Shown here one piece after another: positions 51,970 to 64,000 of a stretch of DNA of 64,000 nucleotides. The first letter of the stretch is position 1. Every line of letters starts with the position of its first letter. Origin of the DNA: Prorocentrum cordatum (taxonomy: Eukaryota). The stretch lies in NCBI GenBank assembly GCA_963575745.1, contig CAUYUJ010000033.1, positions 1 through 64,000 on the forward strand, in the 5' to 3' direction. A program made the position numbers and the translations under genes. The notes beneath the pieces are model-generated. The model made no database searches and had not been told where the DNA came from. It saw only the letters and a program-made list of their open reading frames with translations.

Positions 51970-54900
51970 CTAAGAAGCCTCCCCCGCCACCCCTGCCCAT
52001 CGGTCGGAAGAGGTAGGTCGAAACATGAAGTAGGAAGGCGCTGAGAATGGATTGGGCCCCGCCCGCCCCCCAAGGAGGACGGAAAAGGTGACGCCACTCG
52101 ATCCTTGAAGCAGCGAGGCGCCCAAAGCAGACTGGAACCTGGGAACCCAGAAATGCCGACCTTCAACGACCGATGGGCACGCCCCTCTGCGCGCAGCCGA
52201 CTTTCGCCCGAGCCCTGCGCCAGCGGCGCCCGCGCCGAAGGCCGCCGCGCTGCGCGCGCCCTGGGGCGCCCGGGCCCCCGCGCCCTCGGGCGCCGCCGCC
52301 GCAGCGCCGCGGGGCCGCCCCGCGGTGTCCTCGCCGACCCCGCGGGAGCTCGCCCGCGCACTCTCACCCTCGGCCCCTGCTGCCCCGGCCGGCGCCGCCG
52401 CCCAGCGCCCGGCCTCCGCGGGCCCCGCCGCGCCGCCCTCGCCAGCGGGCCTCCCGCCGCCTCGAGGCCCACCTGTGGCACCTGGCCACCGCTGCCGGCC
52501 GGGCCCGCCGCCCTGGGCCCGGGAGCGGTGGGACGCTGCGCCTCCCAGGCTTGGCCAGGGGAGCGCACGCACCGCTCCTCGGCCCAGGACGGGCCCGGCC
52601 CGCGGCGGTGGAGAGGGACAGGTCTCGCCGCCTCGGCCTCCTCGCCAGCCTCGGGCCTCCGGCGCCCCGGCGGCGGCCGCTCGGCAGAGCTGGGCGGCGC
52701 GGCCGCCGCGTCTGCCGTCGAAGCGGCAGATCAGGTCGGCGACGGAGTGGGCCGCACAGCCCGCCGTGGGAGGCTCCGTGGCGTGCAGCGGGCCAGCGGC
52801 CGCCGCCGCCCCGCGGCCAAGCCCCACGGGCTCTGCCGGTCGAGGCTCTGCCGCAGCGTCGGCCGCACCGACGCAACCGTCTCTGCCGAGCCTCTCCTGG
52901 TCCGCCGCCGCCCCGCGGCCACCGTCCGCGGGCGCTGCCGCGGGCTCGGCGAGGGCGCCCGACACCTCTCTGCGGGTCTCCCCGCAGCGCCTCCCCAGGC
53001 CCTCGGGCCCCAGCGCCTCGGCAGCCACGGGCTCACCAGCGGCATCAGCCACCCTGCTGCAGGCTTCTTCGCAGGATGTCCCTCGATCCTCGCTCTCCAG
53101 CCCCGCCGCGAGCTCGGCGGCGGTCTGAGCCGCCTCGCCGCGACCTCCGCCGAGTGCCGCCCACCCACGGCCATCGCCATCGGGCTCGGCGTCGGCGCAC
53201 CCTGCCTCGACATCCAGCGCGATCGGCTCCATGGCAATCGGGCCCAGCGCCATCGGCCGTGGGAGGCTGTCGAGCTGACGGATCAATTGGGCGACAGACT
53301 GGCCGACGCAACCCTCTGCGGGCATCTCGTTGGCATGTAGCGCGCCGGCCACCGCTGCATTGCAAAGGCAGTCCTCCACAGGCTCTGCTGCAACGTCGCC
53401 GTCTGCATCGACGGAAACGTCTCTGCCAAATTTCTCCTGGTCCTCCGCCTCTCCGCGGCCACCGTCCGTGGGGATTGCGGGGTCGGCGACGGCGCACCCG
53501 TCCTCGACATCTGGCGCGCCTGCAGCCGCTGCCGCTTCGCCGTGACGCTTCGGGCTGTCCAAAGCTACGGCCTGCGCCAACAACCAGCATCGACTTCTTC
53601 GGCGTCGGACCGCGGGCTTGCGTAAGCGTCCCCCGCGGGGCGTGGCTGGCGTCGCGCCAGGGCCGAGCGCGATCGGCCGTGGGAGGCTGTCGAGCTGACG
53701 GATCAATTGGGCGACAGACTGGCCGACGCAGCACTCTGCGGGCATCTCGTTGGCATGTAGCGCGCCGGCCACCGCTGCATTGCAAAGGCAGTCCTCCACA
53801 GGCTCTGCTGCAGCGTCGCCGGCATCGTCGGAAACGTCTCTGCCAAGTTTCTCCTGGTCCTCCGCCTCCCCGCGGCCACCGTCCGCGGGGCCTGCCTCGG
53901 CGGCGGTCTGAGCCGCCTCGCCGCAACCTCCGCCGAACGCCGCCCGCCCACGGCCAGTGCAATCGGGCTCGGCGACGGCGCACCCTTCCTCGACATCTGG
54001 CGCGCCTGCAGCCGCTGCCGCTTCGCCGCGACGCCTCGGGCGCTCCTCCACCGCGACGGAGGCGAAGAACCGGCATCGACTTCTTCGGCGTCGGACAGCG
54101 GCTCCACGCAGGCCCTCCTGGCTTGGGCGCACCTGCCGCCCCCCGCGGGGCGCAGCTTGCGTCGCCCCAGGGCCCAGCGCGGTCGGCCGTGGCAGGCTAT
54201 CGAGCTGTCGGATCCAATCGGCGACGGAGTGGGCCGCACAGCCCGCCGTGGGAGTCGGGCCAGCGGCCGCCGCCGCCCCGCGGCCAAGCCCCACGGGCTC
54301 TGCCGGTCGAGGCTCTGCCGCAGCGTCGGCCGCACCGACGCAACCGTCTCTGCCGAGCCTCTCCTGGTCCGCCGCCTCCCCGCGGCCACCGTCCGCGGGC
54401 GCTGCCGCGGGCTCGGCGAGGGCGCCCGACACCTCACCGCGGGCTTCTGCGCCAGCCCTCCCTCGATCCTCGACCCCCAGCTCTGCCGCGGGCTCGGCCG
54501 CGGTCTGAGCCGCCGCGCCGCAGCCTCCGCCGAGTGCCACCAATCTGCGGCCATCGCCATGGGGCTCGGCGACGGCGCACCCTGCCTCGATCTCGGGTGC
54601 CGCTCCGCCGCGCCGCTGCGGCCGCTGCACCGCCGCGGCAGCAGGCGAGACTCGGCACCGGCCCCGCGGGCGCCGCACCCCGGCCTTGCGCGGGTCTTCC
54701 CGCCCAGGGCCCAGCGCGCACGGGTGTGGCAGGCTGTCGAACCTGCGGATCAGGAGGGCGACAGACTGGTTCTCGTGTGCGTGCGAACCCTCGACTGACC
54801 TCGGTGGCCTCCGCGCGGCCGCTGCCCTGCCGTCGCCGTCCCCTGCTGGCTTCGCCGGGGGCAGGACAGCCGCCTCGCGGCTGCCTCCCCCGCAGGGTTC

Positions 54901-57404
54901 CTCCTGGTCCTCGGCCTCCGCCGCGCCAACGGTGGTCGCCTTCTCGAGGCCGTGCTCCTCGTCGACTGCCCCGAGCCTTGCGGCAGCCCGCTGGGCTGCA
55001 GGCCCTGGCAGGACAGCCCGCCTGGCATCGGCGGCGGCACATCTGTCGCCAGACGGAGCCTCCGCCCCAGCCTTGCCGAGAGACACCCGGCCTGGCTCCA
55101 AGCACGACTTGTCCCCGAATGCTGCGTCCGCAGGGCCACGGTCGATGCTCTCAACGGTGTCCTTCTTGAGCTGCAGGCCGTTCTCGTAGCAGGACCGACC
55201 GGCAGCGTCGATGTCGGCCAGGGCCCCGACGATGTCTACGACAGTCCTCCTGTCTTGACTCAGCTGTTGCACCATGGCCTCCATTTTTGAGGTCATGTTG
55301 TCTAGTCTCTTGGCCAGCAGCAACATCTCCCTCTCGGATAGCGCCCCAACGTTTTTCCCAGAAGTTCGTCGGGCGGAGAATCCGCGCTGCCGCAGGTTGC
55401 AAGCCTTGGCGATCTTCTCCATGGACGTGGTGCAACCGCCAGTGGGCCGCTCCTCCTTGGACTGACAGCGCCGGGCCGAGGCTGTTGGACAAGCCTGCTG
55501 CAGAGCACTGCGCCACAGACCCAGGGGCGGTTCCGCTTGCTGCGGCACTGCGTCCAGGGCCGCGGTGTCCTGCTGCGGGGGTATGCGCAACGGTTCCACA
55601 AGGGTCTCGGCCTTCTGCGGCTTTGGGCCCGAAGCCACTGCGTCTTCCTGCGGGAATGTCGGGCGCCGCAGCTCCAAGAACGGTTCCGCCTGCTGCGGCA
55701 GTGAGTCCACAGCCGCCTTGCCCTGCTGAAGTGGCATGCGCAGCTGTTCCAGGGAAGGCTCAGTTTTTTGCAGCTGTGGCGGAGGCTCGGCGCCCTGCTG
55801 CTGAGGCCACAACTCCAGGGGCGGTTCTGCCTGCTGCGGCAGTGTGTCCGCAGCCGCGGTGCGCTGCTTCGGGTGCGCGCACAGCTGTTCAAAAGGGTCG
55901 GCCTCATGTGGCGGTGTGTCTGAAAGCTCGTCGTCCTGCTGCGGAGGCCGCAACTCCAGGGGCGGTTCCGCCTGCTGCGGCGGTGCGTCCGCAGCCGCGG
56001 GGCTCTGCTGCGGATGCACGCACAGCTGTTCCAGTGAAAGGTCGGCCTGCTGTAGCTGTGGGTCCGACGGCTCGGCGCCCTGCTGCGGGGGCCGTAACTC
56101 CAGGAGCACTTCCGCCTGCTGCGGCAGTGCGTCCGCAACCGCGGTGCCCTGCTGCGGGTGCACGCACAGCTGTTGCATGGAGGGGTCGGCCTGCTGTGGC
56201 TGCGGGACCGAAGGCTCGGCGCCCTGCTGCGTGGGCCGCAACTCCACGGGCAGTTCTGCCTGCTGCGGCAGTACGTCCGCAGCCGCGGGCCTCTGCTGCA
56301 GGTGCACGCACAGCTGTTCCAGTAAAGGGTCGGCCTGCTGTGGCTGCGGGGCCGAAGGCTCAGCCTGCTGCGGAGGCCGCAGCCTCAGGGGCAATTCCGC
56401 CTGTTGCGGTAGTGCGTCCGCAGCCGCGGTGCTCTGCAACGAGAGTACGCACAGCTGTTGCATGGAGGGGTCGGCCTGCTGTGGCTGTTGGACTGAAGGC
56501 TCGGCGCCCTGCTGCGGGGGCTGCAACTCCAGGGGCGGTTCCGCCTGCCGCGGCAGTGCGTCCGCAGCCGCGGTGCCCTGCTGCGGGAGCGTGCGCAGCT
56601 GTTCTAAGGGTGTCTCGGCCTGCTGCGACTGCGGGCTCGAGGCGTGCTTGGCCTTCTGCGTCTCTGGGTCCGCGGCCGCGACGTCCTGGCTCGCCTCGGC
56701 TGGGGCGGCGGCCTGCCCCGTGCGGAGGTGCTCTTGCACGTCTGGCGCAAGGGGCACCCGCTGGTCTGGCAGCACGAAAGGCCTCCACCTCAGGGTCGCC
56801 TCTGCCAGCGGCAGCAGCTCCTCGAAGCCCCTCGGCGTTCCGCGCACCGCCTGGCCCAATCTCCTGAAGCCGTCGAACTCGCCGCCGCTGGTGCTGTCGG
56901 GGTGCAGCGTGTGGGCCACCAGGGCAGCGACGTCTCCTGGCCTCGCGACGGGCTTCACGAGCACGTCCTTCCTCCTCCGCAGGCCGTTGATGAACTCGTT
57001 GTCTTCCCAGGTCTCGCGGTCCGGAAAGCGCTGAGCCCTCCAGGCGGCACGGGTGTAGACGTAGGAGAAGCCCCAGCCGTACACCATCTCGTCCAGCCAC
57101 GCGCGCGGCACCCCGCGGTCGACCTTGGGGTTCAGGTACGCAAACGTGCGGTCGAGCAGGTGGAACGTGTGCCACTCCGATAGCGTCACGATCGCCGGGC
57201 GCTCGCCCCGGCGCGCGCCGTCCTCCCACTCCGGGCCCCTCGCCCGCGCCGTGTCCAGCAGCCTGCCCAGCATGAAAGCGAGGTACCCTGGCGCGTACAG
57301 GTCGTCGTCGTCGAAGTGGGCCAGCACCTCCCCCTCCGAGAGGTGCACCGCGATGTTCCGCTTCAGGCCCAGCGACCACCCGATGCCGAGAAGGGGGCCG
57401 ACTC
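51970..57404 (-). CDS. Host gene exon 3: GT2/GT-A glycosyltransferase-like domain (second half) + long repetitive tail
   Basis: WSLGLKRNIAVHLSEGEVLAHFDDDDLYAPGYL (DxD motif), GWGFSYVY, FPDRETWED; 5.4-kb open frame. The last ~700 nt may be mis-framed or intronic. Confidence 0.8.
52700..56630 (-). repeat. Coding tandem repeats: ~144-bp (48-aa, P/Q-rich) x~8 and longer units carrying SVAxLIRxxD x5
   Basis: PQQAEPPLELRPPQQGAEPS.. units at 56630-55510; (Q/H)SVA.(L/W)I.R/Q.D motifs at 54770-52720. Confidence 0.9.
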
Positions 57405-57507
57405 CTCAGAGGAAGGAGAAGTCTGCACCTGCACCGATTGGGCGTCGATTGTCACGGGGGCGATCAGTGGGCGGGGAAGATAGGTGCGCTTTTCGGGCCC
57501 TAGTTCT

Positions 57508-57715
57508 AGGCCTTCCAGATGGGGTCCGATTTGATGGGGTCGGAGGATCGCGCCGCATCGCCCATGCATCGGCGATACGGCTTGATGTGGAGCCCGATTT
57601 TCTCCACGCCGACGTCGGCGATGCATCGCCGACGCATCGCCCATGCATCACCGATGCATCGGCCAGGCGGCGCGATCCTCCGACGTCATCTACTCGGACC
57701 CCATCTGGGAGGCCT
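57508..57715. mobile_element. MITE with ~48-bp TIRs inside host intron 2
   Basis: AGGCCTTCCAGATGGGGTCCGA...GTCGGAGGATCGCGCCGC / GCGGCGCGATCCTCCGAC...TCGGACCCCATCTGGGAGGCCT. Confidence 0.8.
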
Positions 57716-58079
57716 CCACTACAGTCAGCCTGTGTAGTAAGGATGCGCGATAAGGATGCAAGGGCCTTCGAAAGCCGTTTCGGAGATTTCCGAGCGGGGC
57801 GCGGCCAACAAAAGCGGCCAAGGATGGATCGATGAGGCAAGGGTGCAAGGGTACCCTTGGGAAGGTTGCCCATCAATACCATGCAGGTTGACAGTACAGC
57901 AATGGCACCCTTTGGGGCCCTAAAGGGCCCCATTTCTAGAGCTCGCGCCGTCTCCCCTTCTCTTGTCGTCCCCCATCACGCGACGCCCAAACCGACCCTA
58001 GACCCTAGACTGGGCCATCCGGGGCCGGGATCGGGGCATGCGCCCTCCTGGCTCGGCCAGGGATCAAGGGGCCCAGGGA

Positions 58080-58083
58080 CACA

Positions 58084-58173
<90 letters not shown>

Positions 58174-58586
58174 CACACACACACAGCCACACACACACGC
58201 ACGCGCACACGCACACGCACACGCACGCGCACACACACACGCACACGCTCACGCGCACGCGCACGCACACGCACGCGCACACGCACACGCACACGCACAC
58301 GCACACGCACACGCACACGCACACGCACACACACGCGAGCACACACACACACACACCCACACACACGCGAGCACACACACACACACATTCACACACAGAA
58401 CCACACACACCACACACAAACCCACACACACAAACCCCCACACACAAAAACACCCACACACACACACACCCGCGCGCACATACCCGCCCGCGCGGACGCA
58501 CGCACGCACGCACGCACGCACGCATGCACGCACGGACGCACGCACGCACACACGCAAACACACAAACACAAACACACATACAAATA

Positions 58587-58629
<43 letters not shown>

Positions 58630-59400
58630 ACACACACACACACACATTCACACACACATTCACACACATTCGCACACATATATACACACCCGCACACACA
58701 TTCGCACACACACACACACACACGCACACACACTCGCACAAACCCACAAACACACCCGCACAAACCCACGCACACACAAACCCGCACACAAACATATTCA
58801 CACACACACACACGCACGCACGCACGCACGCACGCACGCGCACACGCGCATACACACACACGCACACACACACACACGCACACACGTACACACGCACACA
58901 CACACACACACACACACGCGCACACACACATACACACATACACACACGCACGCGCACACAGCATGAGCTGCATGTAGCGCTTGGCCTGCAGCACCGTGGT
59001 TGTCTTGCGTCGCGTGTGTTTGTGAAAATGCTGGGTCCATCAGTGCGGGGATGGGGCCGGTCCTGGCGGTTGGGTCCTTCCAAGAGCAGCGTGCGGGTTG
59101 TCTATTCTGGTGTTGGGTGGTTGCTCTGCGGACCCTGCCCCACCCACGTACTTCCCCCTCACCCACCGCCGCCTGCATTGTTCACCTTGGCGCGCGGCTT
59201 GGGCTGAGAAGGTGAGAAGATTCGGCGTCCCGCACTAGGCGGGGGAACAAACGAACGAACACACAGACACACACAGACACACAGAGACACACACACAGAC
59301 ACACACACACACACACGCATTCACACACACACACACACGAACACACCTACACACACGCATTCACACACAGACACACACATTCACACACACACACGCATAT
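58080..59400. repeat. (CA)n/(CACG)n microsatellite tracts in intron 2
   Basis: Direct observation (58080-58960, 59255-59400). Confidence 0.95.
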
Positions 59401-59618
59401 ACAAATCCCAAGATTTTTGAATTGTTCCTGGGTTTTCGTCGCCCCTCCCACTTCCCATATTTTCAGATATTCCTCGGAATCGACGATGAATTGTGTCTGT
59501 GCGATTTATTTCCCCTCCTCAGAGGACAGTGGCACACGCACCGATCCTGGGCCCAGGACGGGGACTGGCTGGGAGCGGTGCGCTCGTGCATAACTAGAGA
59601 TAGCTCACCGCCCGACTC

Positions 59619-59815
59619 CTTGCAGCCCGCGCGACAGCTCCAGCTTCTCCTCGGTGGCGTCGGTGACCTGGAAGAAGCGGTACAGGACGCGCGCGTCTGC
59701 GGACGCCTCGCGCGAGTCTGCCGTCGGCTCGTGGCCGCGGAAGAACGGGGACGGCCGCGACCCCGTGTCCACGACCACGAGCTGCTTGGGCTCGTGGGTC
59801 TGCCGGACGAAATTC
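59619..59815 (-). CDS. Host gene exon 2 (GT2 N-terminal part)
   Basis: RNFVRQTHEPKQLVVVDTG...; CAG|G acceptor, AG|GA donor; phases join exons 1 and 3 in frame. Confidence 0.8.
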
Positions 59816-59989
59816 CTGCAGCCCGTTACCGGCCCCACCCCCCTCCTCTTGTCACGTCACCATGACGGCCGGCGCCGTCTGGGAATGAGCCATCCCTGAA
59901 TATTCGCATACGGCGCCGGCGCGAATCGTGTCGTGGTCTTCCTCCTCCCCCACCCTCGGTCACGCGCCAGGGGATGAAACCACGGTCTC

Positions 59990-60810
59990 CTGTAGACCAG
60001 CCGGTGAAATCGATGGCGCCGGGTGCTGGTCGGCACGCACACTGAGATCAGCGGGCCAGCCTGGATGCCGCGGCTCTCTGCGCACGGTGCCGGGTCGGGC
60101 GGCGTGCCCGCAGCACGCGGATCGAGCAAGCTGCCGGTGAGGACGAAGAGCGCCACGTCCTCGAGGCGCCACCCTTGGTACGCGTCGGTTGGAAGATGGC
60201 ACCTGGCTGGGAGATGCCTCCGTACGCCGTTGGCCCCGAAGCGCCGGAACTCGTGGAGGCAGTCGAAGACGCTCTGGAGCCACGGCGTGAGGTCCGCGTG
60301 CAAGTGCGCGTGGCAACCGCAAGCCTCGCACCGCTCCCAGCGCCCCGCATCGTCCTCTGCAGCGCAGCCACACGGCCGAGGGCCGGCCGCTCGCCTGCGC
60401 GGCGCGCCCCGTGACCACTGCACGCCGACGGAGGTGCTGCAGCGCCAGAAGCTGCAGCCGCCACAGCCGACGCAGTGGCCTCGCAGCACGCCGTCCGAGT
60501 CGGTGTGCATGTGGCGGTCGCCTGGCACAGTGCCAGCGGCGAGACGCGGCAGAGGCGGTGGCGGTGGCTCCGCCCCCTCGGGCTCCAGCAAGACCTCTCC
60601 GCTGCCCAAGGCGACCGTGACCCAGCCCAGGCGTGGGCCACACCCGACGTCCTCGCCGCCGATTTCGTACTGCAGCCGGAGGCCACGCAACTCCAGCTCG
60701 CGAACGACCGCGCCGTGGCACAACTTCGCGTCGATGGCGGGGGACGCCAAATTCGCCTCGCGGCGCACGACCACGCCTCCCGGCTTGACCACCCTCCAGC
60801 GCCGGGACAT
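59990..60810 (-). CDS. Host gene exon 1: SH3-like beta domain, Cys/His-rich region, start of the GT2 domain
   Basis: MSRRWRVVKPGGVVVRR...GWVTV; HCVGCGGC..CEACGCHAHLH; LISVCVPT (GT2 first strand). Donor AG|GAGACC. Confidence 0.75.
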
Positions 60811-60887
60811 CCGCGCGGGCCCGCTAGCCGCCCGCCATCTCCCAGACGCGCCCCCAACGCCCAAGCGGCGACGGCGGGCTGCGGTAA

Positions 60888-60904
60888 CGTGAGCAACAGT
60901 GGCT
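60888..60904 (-). promoter_or_regulatory. Possible relic dinoflagellate spliced leader / trans-splice acceptor
   Basis: AGCCACTGTTGCTCACG vs DinoSL 3' part AGCCATTTTGGCTCAAG (13/17), 77 nt upstream of the ATG, same strand. Confidence 0.5.
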
Positions 60905-62214
60905 GAGTGCGGCCGGGCACGCGCATTTCGGCGCCAGTGTCCCCCTTCGTCCTCCTCCGCTTCCTCCTCGTCTGCCTTCTCCTCCCCTTGCTCCTCCTTG
61001 TCCTCTGCTCTCAGGCAAGCCTCACATCGAAGTCGGACCCGCCAACGCGGGCTCCTCGTCGCCAACCGGGTGAACAACCATTCAGACATATAGGGTATCA
61101 GAGCCCTCGCTTACTTCTCCGATGCTGGGCCTACTATCGCTTCCTCGCTTTACCGTCATTGTGTTGCACGCTAGCTGCAGCTTGAATAATCTGCAAAAGT
61201 CTGGGCTCAAGTGTCAGCCAAAAAGGCCCTAACGTGCGTGCACAGAATGAGTGTTGCTTCCTCCCCAAACAATGCTTGAACAATGCTTGTACTTTGTGCG
61301 TCTTACTTGCGCTCTCAGAAGCTCGCTCTGTCTGCTGCACGCACTCCGGTGATTGGTTGGTCTTGGCTTCCCGCCCACTCGACTGACACTGCCTGTTGGA
61401 CCTGTTCTCGTTGGTTGCTTGGACTCCTATGGTTTAGCCTCGTATGTCTCCCTGCTTCCCGCTTAACTGACCCTGTCTGTTGCGTGTGTGTCGGTGGCTG
61501 TTTGGCCTCTTATGGTTCGGACATGTTCCACACTCAGGGCTCCGCGCACGTAGAGCTCCACACACTGGCATCCAACTCTGAGAAAATACTCCTGGTTGTC
61601 GGCAATTTCGCTGACTGGTCAATGACATCTCATACCGTACTGCCTCGCCCAAGCCTTTCCCGATAATCCGGCAACGCACAATCCTCCCACTCAACTCTCA
61701 CAACACATAGCGTCCCTTGTCAAACCATCATCCGCAACACGTGGGCCCATTGTCCTGGTCACTTGTGGCAGATTATTGGGTACGTCGCCCGTTTTGTGTT
61801 GTTGGTGCGCGTGTTATGCTCTTCCGCGACACCCAGCTGTCAGGGTCTAGGGCGACACGGGCGACACGGTGGATTGGGGTCGAAGGCTGCCCAGGCCGCC
61901 GCCTCCCTTGCCTACGTCCCACGGGTCCAAGCGACCATCTGAAGCTCCAGGCCGCCAAACTTCACGCTCAGCGCCCGCGCGAGGCGCGCCCCGCGGTTGC
62001 AGCGTTGCCCTCGCGCGGCCACGCGGGCGAAGGTCGGTGGCGAGCTGGGGGGGAAGGTGAGTGGGGGCGGATCTGCTGAGAGGGCGGCGGGGCTTCTCTG
62101 AAGCCCTTGCGCCCTCCCGGGAAGTCGTCTGCGCCGTCTCCGAAGCCGCAGACGGCTCGTCTGGCCCCTCTGGCCAGCCCCGCTCCCTCGTCTGGTCGTC
62201 TGGTCGGTCGTCTG

Positions 62215-62245
<31 letters not shown>

Positions 62246-63589
62246 GCCTTTCCTGCTCCGGCTCCTGCTGGTCACCGCCGCCGGGGCCATAGGTGGAGCC
62301 TCATTCGGCGGCGGGAGACGTGTGAGGGGTGCGCAAAAGTGGTCGGGGGGGACGCTATGTGGTCACCTCCGCTGGGGTCATAAGTGGAGCCTCCGATAAG
62401 GGCAGGAGGAAGGAGGAGGATGGGGCAGGGGGAGGGGGAGGAGAAAGGAGACGCGCGGCGCTGCAGATTCAACACGAGGATCCAACACACAGGAAGGCGG
62501 GCGAAAAAATGCAAAGCATGTTCGAAGACCTTGTTCCCAGACTTCCTCGCGCCGCCCAGGAAAACAAGGTGGACGGTTTTTGGCCCCCCGGCGTGGCGAT
62601 GCGGCTGGCCCCGCAAAGGTGCAAGAGCGAGGAGCGAGGCTGGGCACGAGGAGGCGCGGGGTCTGCGTAGAGCCGCGCCGAGCCGTGGCGACGAGGGACC
62701 CCTCCCAAAAGGCCTGAGAGTGACCAGGGAGGCGGCGCAAACATCTTTGGCACGAGAACATGGCCGCAGGTTGGAAGACGGGCCCCTACTGCGGCAAGAG
62801 CGACCTGCTCCCAGCGTAAGTTGCATGCATCGCGTGCGCAGTTTGTTCGTTCGCCGCTACAATCGCAATGAGATGCGTAACGCGAGGGAAACCGACCTAA
62901 TGGACGACACGGACAAAACGTGAAGACCAATGCCAATGACCAGGGCGGGCTGCCTACAATGCACCCGCGCGTGCTGCTTAATCCCACCAGCCCCTTCGGG
63001 CGTAAGTGGTCTGGTGTGTTGTCTTCCATCTGCCCCTCATCTCCTTATTAATATACACCCCCTCCCCACCCGGCAGGCGGCCAACCCAGAACCATGCCAA
63101 CCCCATGCGGGCCACCCCCCACCATCCCTGTCAACAACAACCATGCAAAACGCACTCTGCGTCCACATTTGGAATTTGCGCGGCCAACCCGATGCGCCCC
63201 CCCAACATCCCTGTCAGAAAACTATACAATGTACACTTTGGGGCAAAATCTCGAGTCCTGTTCGTAAGGCCCGCGAGCATTTTGTTTTGATTTTGACAAA
63301 GACGGCGGGGGGGCAGCATACCCCCTGCTGCGAGCAGGGCTACCATCCCTGACAACAAACAATACAACATGCACTTCGAGGCTAAATCTGGATCATGCGC
63401 GGCCACCCCCCCGATCACTGCCAAGTGGTTTTTGACAGGAACGACAGGGGTGGTGGCGCGTGGCCTGCTGTGCGCAAGCCCACCAAACACAATGATGGGC
63501 ACTGGCTTTAAACAAGGATGGTGGGGGCCGACATGTTTCCCGATGTGTGCTGTCGCGTGCGCAGGCGCGCCTGACGCATTCTCCACGTG

Positions 63590-63770
63590 CCCCGAACGTG
63601 GCGCACCTGGCGCGGCTGGAGTGCGCGGCGCACCTAGCGCACTCGGAGCACGTGGCGCATCTGGCGCACCAGGCGTGCCTGGCACGCTCGGGCCCCAGGG
63701 GTGCCTGGCGCGCGTGGCGCCCCTGGCACGAGTGGCGCACCTCGCCCAAGCGTCGCGCACCTGGGGCCTG
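63590..63770. repeat. 9-bp GGCGCACCT-type tandem repeat
   Basis: Direct observation. Confidence 0.75.
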
Positions 63771-64000
63771 CTTTGGTTCCCAGTAGCTGTCCATCCAAAG
63801 ACCACCGCTGAACATGCTCAGGCTCGGGTGCTACGTATGTGTTTGGAGGGCGGGTGGGGGTGAGCTAGACGGTTTGCGGGCGGGTTGGTAGCTTGATCCC
63901 GCCATCCTAATTGACAACAAACAATGCGAACTCAACTTTTCCCTCGCCAGCATGTCGTCGAATTACGAAAAATGCAGCAGGAATATGACGGAATGGGCAT

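Noticed and set aside
52105..57034. Long plus-strand ORFs (e.g. 52173-55169, 55287-56867)
   Set aside because: Antisense shadows of the GC-rich minus-strand host exon.
61213..61228. Second SL-like match (GGCCTTTTTGGCTGAC, minus strand)
   Set aside because: Only 12/16, lacks the AG and the terminal AAG, and is 400 nt from the ATG.

Overview
GC-rich, microsatellite-laden eukaryotic DNA. GC/GA-AG splice donors, a degenerate spliced-leader relic and the transposon families point to a dinoflagellate nuclear genome (inference). Most ORFs in the supplied track are artefacts of (CCT)n, (CAT)n and (CA)n repeats. Real content: (1) a decayed LTR-retrotransposon-like gag/protease region with a methyltransferase-like remnant (~0.9-7.7 kb); (2) a TSD-flanked LINE (11987-16992, +) with APE-RT-3xC2H2 and an unexplained ORF downstream of the RT; (3) the highlight, an ~10.9 kb tyrosine-recombinase (YR; DIRS/Ngaro/PAT-type) retrotransposon with split direct repeats (29531-40463), whose gag, RT-RNaseH and recombinase ORFs are interrupted by ~27 short (48-81 nt) predicted spliceosomal introns - removing them rebuilds the catalytic motifs in frame; (4) a full-length TSD-flanked RNase H-bearing LINE (40787-48762, -) with a RanBP2-type zinc finger in ORF1; (5) one host gene on the minus strand (60810-51970) encoding a GT2/GT-A glycosyltransferase-like protein with a very long repetitive tail; (6) several MITE families. 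All calls come from manual reading; no database searches were run.
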